Below, one piece after another: positions 38,550 through 47,956 of a DNA stretch of 64,000 nucleotides. Under the pieces are notes generated by a model. It ran no database searches. It saw nothing but the letters and a program-made list of their open reading frames with translations, and had not been told where the DNA came from. How positions within the stretch are numbered: position 1 is the stretch's first letter; every line of letters begins with the position of its first letter. The DNA is from an uncultured Candidatus Saccharibacteria bacterium (GTDB lineage Bacteria; Patescibacteriota; CAZHWT01): the NCBI GenBank assembly GCA_964554805.1, contig CAZKPX010000002.1, positions 113,889-177,888 of the forward strand. Direction: 5' to 3'. The position numbers and the translations under genes are program-made.

Positions 38550-38685
38550 TCACCCCTTTTCCTTTGCTTGGTTGATGGGATATACTGAAGTAGCCAGAAT
38601 CTGCTGGGTCATGGCCTAGTAGAGTGAGCGTTCGTATTAGTCTAAAAGCGGCATAGGGACTGTCCCTCGTCATGCCTTTTAAAGG

Positions 38686-40119
38686 TTGGACGAATCAGTT
38701 GATTCTGATTGTATATTTAGGGAAGAAGGACGCTCAGCCAAGACAATTGCTGGTCGGCCGAAGCTGCTTGATTTACTCAATTACTGCCGGAAGAATAAGA
38801 AGATTATTGATAGTGTTATTGTTTATCGCTTGGATCGCATCTCCAGACAAACGGCAGACTATCTCACAATTAGAACTAAATTAGCCGAGAGCGGTATTAA
38901 TCTCATATCTGCCACCGAGCCGACAGGTAACAGCCCTGCTGAAAAGATGATTGAGACAATCTTGGCCAGCTTTGCTCAGTTGGATAATGACGTAAAGAGC
39001 GAGCGGTCTAAAAACGGCCTTCAGGCTCGCTTCAAAGCTGGCTTGAAGTCTTCTTCTGTGCCGATTGGATACCTGGCTAAAAATGGTTTTGCCATCAAAG
39101 ACCCTGATACTTTTGAATATATAAAGCATGGTTGGGAAATGTTAGCCACAGGTAAAGACAGTCTGCAGGATGTGATGCACTATCTTAATGAGAATGGTGT
39201 TCGGATGCGGCAAAAAGGTAAAGCAAACCTCATCAGCAAGCAATCTGTGTCAAGAATCTACAGAAACAAATTTTACTGCGGCATATTGGTATCTAAAAAG
39301 TATGGCATGGAAGTTAGCGGGCAGCATCAGCCGATGATCAATGAAAGTATGTTTTATGCGGTGCAGGCCATGATAGATAATCGCGGTCCAAATAGGTCAG
39401 GACACAAGCTTAGATATATTCTGGATCACCCTGAATTCCCCTTGCGGCGCTTTATGATGTGCGGTATATGCGATAAGCCTATGACAGGTGGATTTAGCAA
39501 GGGTAAAAACCAGCGATATGGCTATTATTTCTGCGCTAATCGTTGTGGTGCACCATCATCAATCAATATAAACAATATGGAAGTGTCGGTTATAAGTAAT
39601 CTCAAAGACCTTGAACCAACCGCTCGGTTGTTTGAGAAGGTTTCAAAAAGCCTGCGCCAAAAATACATCTCACGAATGGGCAAATTTCAAACAGCGGCTC
39701 AGGACAAGGTAGCAGTCATTGAAGCAGTTAAAGAAACACGACAATCACTTATCGAAAAGAACCTAGCTGGTTTATATTCTGATGAGTTATTCAGGGAGCA
39801 ACTAGCGGTTCTAGACCAAAAACTAGCTGATGCGTACGCGGCACAATCACGAGCCAATCTGGCAAATTACAATTATGAGGTGTTATTTAAGTTTATAGAA
39901 GAAAAATTGGCACATATTGCCAAGACATACGAGGAATCAACGCTATCTCAGAAAAAAGCATTGCTGTGTTCGATATTCCCTTCTGGTATGCGCTGGATGT
40001 ACCCAGGCATTTCGAACACTGAGATTTCACCGTGGTATCAAGTAATTCAAGGTGTTAATAAGCTTGATGTCACACTTGGTGCCGAGGAAAGTAACGTTCG
40101 CTTTGCTCTCGGGCTATAG
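38686..40119 (+). CDS. Large serine recombinase (resolvase/recombinase domain + zinc-ribbon); N-terminal catalytic motif missing or degraded
   Basis: ...IFREEGRSAKTIAGRPKLLDLL...VIVYRLDRISRQ... (resolvase core), recombinase domain, C..C...C..C ribbon, coiled-coil tail; called ORF begins with TTG; upstream frames carry only a corrupted RVS-like remnant with stop and frameshift. Confidence 0.7.
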   Translation: MDESVDSDCIFREEGRSAKTIAGRPKLLDLLNYCRKNKKIIDSVIVYRLDRISRQTADYLTIRTKLAESGINLISATEPTGNSPAEKMIETILASFAQLDNDVKSERSKNGLQARFKAGLKSSSVPIGYLAKNGFAIKDPDTFEYIKHGWEMLATGKDSLQDVMHYLNENGVRMRQKGKANLISKQSVSRIYRNKFYCGILVSKKYGMEVSGQHQPMINESMFYAVQAMIDNRGPNRSGHKLRYILDHPEFPLRRFMMCGICDKPMTGGFSKGKNQRYGYYFCANRCGAPSSININNMEVSVISNLKDLEPTARLFEKVSKSLRQKYISRMGKFQTAAQDKVAVIEAVKETRQSLIEKNLAGLYSDELFREQLAVLDQKLADAYAAQSRANLANYNYEVLFKFIEEKLAHIAKTYEESTLSQKKALLCSIFPSGMRWMYPGISNTEISPWYQVIQGVNKLDVTLGAEESNVRFALGL

Positions 40120-40256
40120 TCACCTTCTATTCGGCTCGTTGGCCGAATAGAAGGTGACTATAGATGCCCCTACAGCTTGAAGCTGTTGAAGGTTATTACC
40201 TGCCCTGACTACCAGGTGTATGTTACCCACCAAGTGAGTAAAATACACCTGGTGCC
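40077..40256. repeat. Right copy of the 180-bp direct repeat; overlaps the recombinase 3' end and abuts tRNA-Leu(GAG)
   Basis: Identical to 28921-29100. Confidence 0.85.
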
Positions 40257-40335
40257 GAGGAAAGGAGTTGAACCTTCACGCTTTTTACGGCACTACCACC
40301 TCAAGGTAGCGTGTCTACCATTCCACCACCTCGGC
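40250..40335 (-). tRNA. tRNA-Leu (GAG), long variable arm, CCA encoded
   Basis: GCCGAGGTGGTGGAATGGTAGACAC-CTACC-TTGAGGT-GGTAG-variable arm-GAAGGTTCAACTCCTTT-CCTCGGCACCA. Confidence 0.8.
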
Positions 40336-40345
40336 TTATGTAATT

Positions 40346-40422
40346 GTAAAAATACTGGTCGGGGTAAGAGGACTTGAACCTCTGACCTCACGCTCCCAAA
40401 GCGCGCGCTCTAGCCAACTGAG
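40346..40422 (-). tRNA. tRNA-Pro (TGG), CCA encoded
   Basis: CGGGGTGTAGCTCAGTTGGCTAGAGC-CGCGC-TTTGGGA-GCGTG...AGAGGTTCAAGTCCTCT-TACCCCGACCA. Confidence 0.8.
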
Positions 40423-40563
40423 CTACACCCCGTAAATTAAATCAAAACTTAAAAGTCAAGATTCAAAAATTATCATAGAACTAATCTGGGATATGCATGA
40501 TTTTTAACTAATGGATTATAGCACAATCTTGCCTGTTAGCAAAGATAGCTTAGGTGAGCAAGC

Positions 40564-42213
40564 TTAGTTCTGTCTTTGCAGGTTGAGATACCACTTATCA
40601 ATATTAGCAAAGCGATCCGATTCGGTCCACAAGCCTGGCATTTCCAGACCATACACCTTATTGCTCCAGGTGTATACATAACTGGGCTGGTACAGCCAGA
40701 TGACCGGCAGTTCTTGGTTCAGTAGGTTTTGGAAGGTTGTGTATTTTACCTTCCGTTCATCTTCTTTGATAAGCCGACGACCGTCTTCCAAAGCGCGGTC
40801 AATTCGTTGGTTATTTAGTCCGGCGACATTCAGTCCGGTTGGGGGTGTTTGAGTTGAGTGCCAGTTAGTGTACCGGTCAGGATCCTGCCTGGTCTTTTCA
40901 CCCAGCAGAATCACATCATAGCCCGTTCGATTGGTAATTAGCTGGTTTAATTCATCCCCTTCCTTGACTAATACGGTTACAGACACTCCCAATTGCTGCC
41001 AGGCTTTGACAATACTGTTGGCCACTGAGGTGTGGGTGTCTTTATCAGGGATAACAAGGGTGATCTTGGGCGGCTTATTGGACAACGTTTGCCAGGTTTC
41101 CTTGGCTTTATTTAAGTCGTATTCAAGTGGCTTGATTGTGTCGCTGTTAGCCCAGTTTGTAGGAGAGAAAACGTTGTTGACTGCTTGCCAATTATTGCCC
41201 AAGGCTTGATTAAGCAGAGATGATTTATCAATGGACTGGCTTAGAGCCTGCCTGACAGCTACATCTTTGACAGTAGCGCTGTTTAAATTGAAATATAGGC
41301 CATACGTCTGACCTTGAAGCGCCTGGCTTTGCTGTTGTTTGTCAAAATCATTTAACTGAGATAGCTTGGTAGTATAGTGGCTGCCAAAGGATTGAATCTT
41401 GCCTAATTTGAAGTCGGTGATGACTTCATCTAAGGTGTCATAGAAATGAAAGTTAATAGCTTCGAGATAGCCGTTTTGTAGCTCAAACTGCATGGTAGAA
41501 ACATCTTTGTTGATTGAGTCTGCCTCGGTGGATTTATATTTTAGTGGACCATTGCCCATGGGTTTTGCATTGAAAGCACTGCTGGCTAATTGGGCAGCGG
41601 TCATATCTTTTAAGACGTGATGTGGGAGTAGTCCGATAGTTAAGTACTGAGCAAAAGGCCCAGAGGTTTGATTTAAAGTAAGTGTTAGGTTTTTGCTATC
41701 AAGAACTTTGACTGACACATCAGTAAAGCTATGACTCCAGCTGCCATTATAATTATCGTCTTGGGCTTGAGCTATGGTAAAAGCTACGTCTTGACTTGTA
41801 ACTGGTTGACCATCGTGCCATTTATTATCAGCCAGAGTAATGGTATAGACTTTGCCGTCGTCGCTTAGCTTCCATGATTGGGCAAGGTCGCCAACCAGTC
41901 GTTGATTTTGATCGTACTTCAATAAACCGCGGAAGATAAGTGGCGTTATTTCGGCATCGACAGGATTGAGATTGCTATAGAGCGGATTGAGGCGTTGTGG
42001 TTGACCTACAATACCTTCTTCCAGTACTCCGCCAGCTGCTGGTTGTTGTTGAGCCTGCCAGACCCACCAGCCTCCCGCGGCTGTAGCGGATATGATAACT
42101 ACAGCTATTGTTGAGTACAAAGCTAGCTTGTGCTTTTTGTACCAGCGGGTCCAAGGTTTTTGGCGCGAGGTAACATCTCCAAATTTTCCAATTGTTGGCG
42201 AGAATGAGGCCAT
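40564..42213 (-). CDS. ABC transporter substrate-binding protein, family 5 (oligopeptide/nickel-type), N-terminally membrane anchored
   Basis: 549 aa; N-terminal TM; SBP_bac_5-like length and motifs. Confidence 0.7.
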   Translation of the reverse strand: MASFSPTIGKFGDVTSRQKPWTRWYKKHKLALYSTIAVVIISATAAGGWWVWQAQQQPAAGGVLEEGIVGQPQRLNPLYSNLNPVDAEITPLIFRGLLKYDQNQRLVGDLAQSWKLSDDGKVYTITLADNKWHDGQPVTSQDVAFTIAQAQDDNYNGSWSHSFTDVSVKVLDSKNLTLTLNQTSGPFAQYLTIGLLPHHVLKDMTAAQLASSAFNAKPMGNGPLKYKSTEADSINKDVSTMQFELQNGYLEAINFHFYDTLDEVITDFKLGKIQSFGSHYTTKLSQLNDFDKQQQSQALQGQTYGLYFNLNSATVKDVAVRQALSQSIDKSSLLNQALGNNWQAVNNVFSPTNWANSDTIKPLEYDLNKAKETWQTLSNKPPKITLVIPDKDTHTSVANSIVKAWQQLGVSVTVLVKEGDELNQLITNRTGYDVILLGEKTRQDPDRYTNWHSTQTPPTGLNVAGLNNQRIDRALEDGRRLIKEDERKVKYTTFQNLLNQELPVIWLYQPSYVYTWSNKVYGLEMPGLWTESDRFANIDKWYLNLQRQN

Positions 42214-42233
42214 AAATTATGATTTAGGAGGGA

Positions 42234-42458
42234 TTACTGTGACAGAATCACTAACACTAATGAAGATAACCCAAATAGGATACCAAGGGCAATGGTGGCG
42301 TTGAATATGAGTTTTTCTGCTCCGCGCCGGGTGCGAAATCCGGTGGCAGTGCCACCAAAGCTCATGTTAAAGCCTTGGCCTTTTGACTGAAGTAAAACGC
42401 AGATAATAAGTAGTACAGCAATGACTGTCTGGGCGACCCATAAAATGTTTGTAAGCAT
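42234..42458 (-). CDS. secG: Preprotein translocase subunit SecG
   Basis: MLTNILWVAQTVIAVLLIICVLLQSKGQGFNMSFGG... matches the SecG pattern (LLQxxKG...G); ATG at the 7th codon of the track ORF. Confidence 0.65.
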   Translation of the reverse strand: MLTNILWVAQTVIAVLLIICVLLQSKGQGFNMSFGGTATGFRTRRGAEKLIFNATIALGILFGLSSLVLVILSQ

Positions 42459-42596
42459 AGGGGGATTATACCACAAAATAGCTTTTAAGCTATTTTGTGG
42501 AGGATATAGGATTTAAGGATTTAGAAAATTAGCAACTAAGATACATTAGATCCATATCCTATATTCAATATCCGATATTCGTCTCAATCAGTTTGC

Positions 42597-43013
42597 TTAT
42601 TTAGACTTGGTTAGCCAGTAGAGGAAGCTGGTGATCAAGCCGATGACAATAGAGGCTAACAGGGCGGTGCCCCAGGCAGGCAGCATAAAAGGTGGGATGA
42701 TGAAGGAGTTGAGGCTTAATCCTGGGAAAGCGAAGCCGATAATTTGGAATTCAGGTAGCAGATGATCGACGATCAGCAGCATGGCCGTATTTATAGCGAC
42801 CGTGCAGATGCCGATGGTGGCTATCTCTATGGGGAGTGAGAGTAATTTTAAAATAGGCTTAATCAGAATATTGACTGCGCCTAAGACAATAGAAATGGTT
42901 AGTAGCCCCTGAAGACCATAGTCATAGGTAATACCTGGAATAATTGAAGCAGTCACAGCGACGGCGAAAACGTTAATGAGAAGGGTGAGGATGATCTGAC
43001 GAATGAGGCGCAT
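42597..43013 (-). CDS. DUF360/YvlD (phage-holin-4-like) family membrane protein
   Basis: 138 aa, 4 TM with pGi...GllN..l.Pil motif-like segments. Confidence 0.5.
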   Translation of the reverse strand: MRLIRQIILTLLINVFAVAVTASIIPGITYDYGLQGLLTISIVLGAVNILIKPILKLLSLPIEIATIGICTVAINTAMLLIVDHLLPEFQIIGFAFPGLSLNSFIIPPFMLPAWGTALLASIVIGLITSFLYWLTKSK

Positions 43014-43144
43014 GCTTTATATAGTATACACATTTGGAGCTTCTGATTGGAGGTTGGAGTCGAGAGATTGGCTTGATTGGAGAGCGTATAGTTCTTGTAT
43101 GACGGGACCCTCGAGCTTGAAGCCCCAGGGGTCTTTGTACCTTA

Positions 43145-44185
43145 TCATGTATTTTTCGGTGCAATACCGAGGAAGAACAGCTTAAGATCGGTGGCCAGGT
43201 TTTCGCCATGGCGAGCGACCTTAGAGCTGCGCCTAATTTTGTCACCCGGCTGAGGCTCGATGATGGTTTCGTCGAGATAATCTCCTTGGTATAGATCGAT
43301 ACCGGCCGGCGGATTGTTCTTGTCAAGCAAAACCTGGCTTTCCTTCTCCATAGCGTAGAGCTCGGCAATAGGAGCCGAGGCGAGACGCATATTGATGAAA
43401 GCAGCCGACACCTTGGCGGGATTCATCTGTTCAGCGTAGAAGTCGATGTGACGATTTGCTGACCAGTCAGTGGACTGACCATAGCGGTTGAATAGCGGGA
43501 CGATGATGCCCACTTTTGCCTGGCTGCCACAAATAGCTTCAGGCATACCCTTGACCATTGTGCAAGCAGCAATTGATCCATAGGGATCTCCAGCGCTGCC
43601 AATGATGAAGTCGGAATCCAGGATGGCTTGGAAAGCCTCCGGGTTGAGCTCAACCTTTGGTTCAAGCCAAGCCTTGATGATCTGAATGGCGCCATCATGC
43701 TTAGGCTCGTCGATTTGATGTTCGCCGCAAATAACGCGACCATCCTCCAGTTTGACACAGAGAGTAGGACTTTCAAGTGTCGATGGGAAGACGTTGGCTT
43801 GGGTCTGCATGGCTCTAGCCAAAGACGGAATAGCCTGAGGTAGTCCTCCTGGCGAATTTTTAATCAGGCGCTGAAAGAGCAAGCTTCCCGCTTTTAGTCC
43901 TGACAATTCCCCGAGGTCATCCTCATAGCGATCAAGCATGGTGTTGACCCAGGCCAGGTCTTCGCCAGTAGCCGCCATGACATTGATAATATCACCCAGA
44001 GCCGGTCCACCGAAAAGTGCCCGGATTCGACCGGCAGCTCCACCATCATCGGCTACAGCAACAATGGAATTGATGTGCAATTCAATGTCTTGCAACCTCA
44101 ACAAAGCTCTGACAACCAGAAGAATTTTGAGTAGGCGCGCTTGGGCGCTCCCTCCTCCAATGGCCGTTACGCGTATGTGTTTCAA
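43145..44185 (-). CDS. yvcK: YvcK / CofD-like (UPF0052) gluconeogenesis-factor family protein
   Basis: AIGGGSAQ...IVAVADDGGAAGRIRALFGGPALGDIINVMAA matches the YvcK signature; TTG start. Confidence 0.75.
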   Translation of the reverse strand: MKHIRVTAIGGGSAQARLLKILLVVRALLRLQDIELHINSIVAVADDGGAAGRIRALFGGPALGDIINVMAATGEDLAWVNTMLDRYEDDLGELSGLKAGSLLFQRLIKNSPGGLPQAIPSLARAMQTQANVFPSTLESPTLCVKLEDGRVICGEHQIDEPKHDGAIQIIKAWLEPKVELNPEAFQAILDSDFIIGSAGDPYGSIAACTMVKGMPEAICGSQAKVGIIVPLFNRYGQSTDWSANRHIDFYAEQMNPAKVSAAFINMRLASAPIAELYAMEKESQVLLDKNNPPAGIDLYQGDYLDETIIEPQPGDKIRRSSKVARHGENLATDLKLFFLGIAPKNT

Positions 44186-44260
44186 AGTGATTCCTTTCTT
44201 TCGCTGATAAAGTACCCGTGTATTCTAAATAATCAAAGCATTTTTTGTCAATGCTATAAG

Positions 44261-45892
44261 CTACTTCTGTGATGGTTTTTGCTTGCCTGGTAGGAAAGCT
44301 TTTTTGCGTAAGTTTTTGTGATAGGTAATGGCGAAGCGGTGGGCTTCGTCGCGGAGGCGTTGGATCATGAATAGGGCCTGACTACCTCGGGCTAGGCGGA
44401 TGGTTGTGTATTCAGCTTGGGTGATGGTTTGTGTTTCTAAGTCAGTATCTGATTTAGCTATGGCTCCATGAGCTCCGGAACGCTTAGGGGAGCCGAGTTC
44501 ATGCGACGAGCGACGGGCGACGGGCGACGAGTTTAGACCAGAACCATTAGTGTCCTGCCTCCCTGAGCCTGTCTTGAGCATTAGTTCCTCCTCTCTTTTG
44601 GTCATTCCTGCAACTGGAATATTCAGACCAAGCTGACCCATGACTTCAATTGCTCCGCTTAGCTGGCCCTTGCCGCCGTCGATAATTATGAGATTTGGTG
44701 AATCAGAAAACGATATATCATTACTTCGGAGAGAATCCTGGATTCTAGATGCTGGGGTCTTTGGCTCATTTTTGTCGCCCGTCGCCCGTCGCTCGTCACT
44801 GGAAGTGACCTTTAGTCTCTTGAATCGACGCGTCAACACCTCTTTGATCATGGCCACATCATTGGGAACATTTTCCTGTTTGATGCGGAATTTACGATAA
44901 TTGGACTTGGCGGCCTCCCCTTCGATGAAAACTACCATTGAGCCGACTGAATATTCGCCCATGGTGTTGGAGATGTCGTAGCACTCGATGCGATGCAGGG
45001 GGGAAAGAACCTCGGAGGTTGGAGGTTGGAGGTTGTTGAAATATGGACTTAGTGACTGAGAGAGTTCTTCTAGGCCTTGTTGACGTCGGTCGGCCATGAG
45101 CTCCGGGTTCTGAAGGTAGTCGTCTGGAGCGATTGATTGATTGGCTAGATAGATGAGGTTGTCTAGTTGCTGCTTGAGTTCGGCTGCTTTTTCGAAGTTT
45201 AACTGTTTGGCTTGAGCTTGCATGTCTTTTTGGATTTCCTCCATTAAGCCCAAGCGCTTACCTTCAAAAAAATGCACTAATTGGAATACCTGTCGTCGGT
45301 ACTCTTTTTTATCCCAAACCTCATCCTTATTGACTTGGCCAAGATTTAAATTGTAGTAAAAAAATGACTGACCAGTTCGCCGTCTACCTTGAGGCACGGG
45401 AGGTCTATGGGCTAAGTAGGGAAAAACTTTGCGAAGATAGCGCAGAGTTTGACGGACTACTCTTCCCGACGGATAAGGGCCAAAATAGGTAGCTTTGGTA
45501 TCGAGGGGCAAATCAGTTTGTCGGCAGGTAGAGATGGTTGGATACTCCTGATAGGTAGTAATCTTGACATAGACGTGCGACTTGTCGTCTTTGAGGATAA
45601 TGTTATACGGTGGTTGATGCTGCTTAATGAGGTTGGCTTCTAAAATCAGAGCGTCTATCTCGCTGGCTACAATGATTGTTTCAAGCCGGTCTATTTGACT
45701 GACCAAGGCCTTTGTTTTTGGTGAAGTGTGCTTATCGGCGAAATAAGACTTGACCCGATTTTTTAAATTCTTAGCTTTGCCAACATATAACAATTGCCCC
45801 TGCTGATCGTAGTAGCGATAAATGCCGGGGTCTGTGGGTAGATTGGTCAGTTGTTTGGCAAGCTGATCGTTCATGGTTTTCATGTAACTCAA
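44261..45892 (-). CDS. uvrC: Excinuclease ABC subunit C (short form, no C-terminal HhH region) with low-complexity insertions
   Basis: N-terminal GIY-YIG (GIYRYYDQQGQLLYVGKAKNLKNRVKSYF), LIIIDGGKGQL...IPVAGMTKREEEL, C-terminal QRLRDEAHRFAITYHKNLRKK; start codon uncertain (TTG in the track, ATG at 45883 or 45874). Confidence 0.8.
   Translation of the reverse strand: MSYMKTMNDQLAKQLTNLPTDPGIYRYYDQQGQLLYVGKAKNLKNRVKSYFADKHTSPKTKALVSQIDRLETIIVASEIDALILEANLIKQHQPPYNIILKDDKSHVYVKITTYQEYPTISTCRQTDLPLDTKATYFGPYPSGRVVRQTLRYLRKVFPYLAHRPPVPQGRRRTGQSFFYYNLNLGQVNKDEVWDKKEYRRQVFQLVHFFEGKRLGLMEEIQKDMQAQAKQLNFEKAAELKQQLDNLIYLANQSIAPDDYLQNPELMADRRQQGLEELSQSLSPYFNNLQPPTSEVLSPLHRIECYDISNTMGEYSVGSMVVFIEGEAAKSNYRKFRIKQENVPNDVAMIKEVLTRRFKRLKVTSSDERRATGDKNEPKTPASRIQDSLRSNDISFSDSPNLIIIDGGKGQLSGAIEVMGQLGLNIPVAGMTKREEELMLKTGSGRQDTNGSGLNSSPVARRSSHELGSPKRSGAHGAIAKSDTDLETQTITQAEYTTIRLARGSQALFMIQRLRDEAHRFAITYHKNLRKKAFLPGKQKPSQK
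44507..44530. repeat. 24-bp repeat (gacgagcgacgggcgacgggcgac) inside uvrC; inverted partner at 44770-44795
   Basis: Exact reverse-complement copies read directly; both translate in-frame (SSDERRATGDKNE and SSPVARRSSHE). Confidence 0.7.
44770..44795. repeat. Inverted partner of the 24-bp uvrC-internal repeat
   Basis: tcgcccgtcgcccgtcgctcgtcact is the reverse complement of 44507-44530. Confidence 0.7.
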
Positions 45893-45958
45893 ATTCTACA
45901 AGTTAGTGTACACTACTCATTCAAGTGGCATTGAATAGTGCGCTGTCTTGCAGTATGA

Positions 45959-47956
45959 CTAGCTATGGTGCTGTAGCTTTGGATCTTGGACTAGTTGTGG
46001 TTTATCGGGTTGCGATAATTGTTTTTCACGTCGATCGTGAAGCCAATGCAAACCGTACCACACTCCACCGATAGTAATCAGAATGACAGTCATCACAACT
46101 AAAATAGGCGCGATAGTGGACTTGAATATAGATGCCACCTCGATGTCAAAAGACTGCTGGTCAGTTATATCCTGCTGATAAAAGTCTGTGGCAGTAGTAG
46201 TGGTAATTACCTTTATTTGCTGATCGGCAAAAAGGGAGTTATTTATATTTTTGATTGAGACGGTTATTGTCTCGCCTGGCAAAAGTCGAGATTGTTGATG
46301 GTCGATTGGCTGGCTTGTATTGCCCTGACTGGCCGTCTTGAGATGAACATTATAGGCAGTGGTGTTGCCAGTATTTGTAACTGCTAGGTTGGGCGCTTGG
46401 CCAAAGCTGGCAGATAATACCGGGTTATTTAAGGCGGTGGTTAGTTTGGGTAGACCTGTTTGATCGGTATCGCTAAAGGCAACTGTAACATCCCCGTCTT
46501 GTTCGGCTGATGTCTTATAGGCTCCAGCCGCGTACGGTGTTTGAGATGATAGTCCTTTGATGGCGAAGGCCACCCGGTTGAGATCGATCTGACCAAAAAA
46601 GTCTATGCCGTCGGTGGTTGATCCCCAGGTTGGATCGACCATAACCCAGCCATCCCCCGGCAGATAAATTTGAGCCCAGGCATGCAGTATATCGCTACCG
46701 ATCTCTGGGTAGTAAATTGGTTGGGCGTCCTTGCCAGTTGTATAAGCGTAACCATCTATTTCTCGAGCAGGTATGCCAGCAATGCGAGCCATGGTAATAA
46801 ATAAGTCGGTAAATTCCATGCAGACCGCATTGTCTGGTTCATTCATGGCGGCAGCGGCGCCCATGCGGGCTAAATTTTCATCTATTCTGGCGGTGTTATA
46901 ATTGAGCGTCTGAGTTACGTAATCATAAATGGCTCTGGCATTTTCAATGACGGGCTTATTGGGATCAGTAATTTCATCAACCTTACTTTTTAAAGTGTCA
47001 TTATCGGTTTCCCAATATTTTTGATATACGGTGTAATTTTTGACTAACTCTGGAGGCAAACTGCTAGCCAATTCAGTGCTATCGAGGGCAACTTTTTTCT
47101 GGTCAATGCGAGCCCAGCCGGTAAATGCTACATCAAGGTTTGCAGATGGACCAAGATAATAAGTGGCTAATGTATTGCCATCTTGATCGGTTCGCATCTT
47201 AACTGGCTGAGGATCTAGCTGGTCGTAAATAATCTGCTGGTAGCCAGGAATATCGGGAGGTAGGGCTATTTCAGTTGAGGCTTGACCAATATTTGGATTA
47301 TTGAGGTGGTATAAGAGGGTAAATTTGAAGACCTGAGCTTGGCCAAAGGCGGCAATAATGCCTGCGGGCATTATTTGATCTTTGGTAAAGGCGTAGATTC
47401 GATTGCTGCCGCTTGTGGTAACACTGTTTGTCCCCGGTGTCATATAATGAGCCTCTTCCAAATCGACAGGAGTGATTAGATTGGCTTTGTAGCTGGCGAT
47501 ATCATATGAGTCGTGAGGTTTGATGCGAGGAATAGAGATGTCCCACATCTGGCCATTTTTTTTGGCTAGACTGGTTGAATCGTATTCGATGGTCCACTGC
47601 AATTTATTGCCTGCTCCGACAACCTTGTCGTTGAAGGTGAAAGTAATTGTCGGCGCGCCATTGGCATCTTTTTCGGTAAAGGCTAGAGCCCCGCGCGAGT
47701 CGTAAGCCTTAAGGTTTTTGTAACTATTACTTTCTAGTGTTAATGAGTAGCTGCTGGCTCGCAAATTTGGCTGCTTGTTGGTTAAGCTAATTTGCTGCTT
47801 AACTTTCATAACCTGATTCGTAGTATCCAGTGTGTAATCTACTACATAATCGGCTTGAAAGTCTTTGGCCCAGGCTGGCTGAACAAGTATGACAAAAAAG
47901 GCTATAGCCAGCAGACCAGCAGCAAGGCTTTTGTAAAGATGAGGCAGTGAAAACAT
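45959..47956 (-). CDS. Transglutaminase-like domain membrane protein (signal peptide, C-terminal TM)
   Basis: Cys-protease-like core ...VCMEFTDLFITMARIAGIPAREIDGYAY... with downstream His/Asp; N-terminal signal, C-terminal hydrophobic anchor. Confidence 0.65.
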   Translation of the reverse strand: MFSLPHLYKSLAAGLLAIAFFVILVQPAWAKDFQADYVVDYTLDTTNQVMKVKQQISLTNKQPNLRASSYSLTLESNSYKNLKAYDSRGALAFTEKDANGAPTITFTFNDKVVGAGNKLQWTIEYDSTSLAKKNGQMWDISIPRIKPHDSYDIASYKANLITPVDLEEAHYMTPGTNSVTTSGSNRIYAFTKDQIMPAGIIAAFGQAQVFKFTLLYHLNNPNIGQASTEIALPPDIPGYQQIIYDQLDPQPVKMRTDQDGNTLATYYLGPSANLDVAFTGWARIDQKKVALDSTELASSLPPELVKNYTVYQKYWETDNDTLKSKVDEITDPNKPVIENARAIYDYVTQTLNYNTARIDENLARMGAAAAMNEPDNAVCMEFTDLFITMARIAGIPAREIDGYAYTTGKDAQPIYYPEIGSDILHAWAQIYLPGDGWVMVDPTWGSTTDGIDFFGQIDLNRVAFAIKGLSSQTPYAAGAYKTSAEQDGDVTVAFSDTDQTGLPKLTTALNNPVLSASFGQAPNLAVTNTGNTTAYNVHLKTASQGNTSQPIDHQQSRLLPGETITVSIKNINNSLFADQQIKVITTTTATDFYQQDITDQQSFDIEVASIFKSTIAPILVVMTVILITIGGVWYGLHWLHDRREKQLSQPDKPQLVQDPKLQHHS

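Larger units (their letters stand above)
29101..40256. mobile_element. Putative integrated island (about 11.2 kb) between tRNA-Leu genes: XRE repressor, hypothetical operon, giant tail-fibre-like/DUF1566 protein, Avd-like four-helix-bundle protein, large serine recombinase; bounded by 180-bp direct repeats
   Basis: Perfect 180-bp direct repeats at 28921-29100 and 40077-40256; recombinase gene ends inside the right repeat; truncated tRNA 3'-end mimic (tggtgcc) at the left junction; cargo looks more G+C-rich than the flanks. Confidence 0.55.

Noticed and set aside
29101-40076. Complete prophage
   Set aside because: There is no terminase, portal, capsid, tail-tube or lysis cassette. Only repressor, recombinase and a tail-fibre-like gene are present. 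Better described as an integrative island or remnant.
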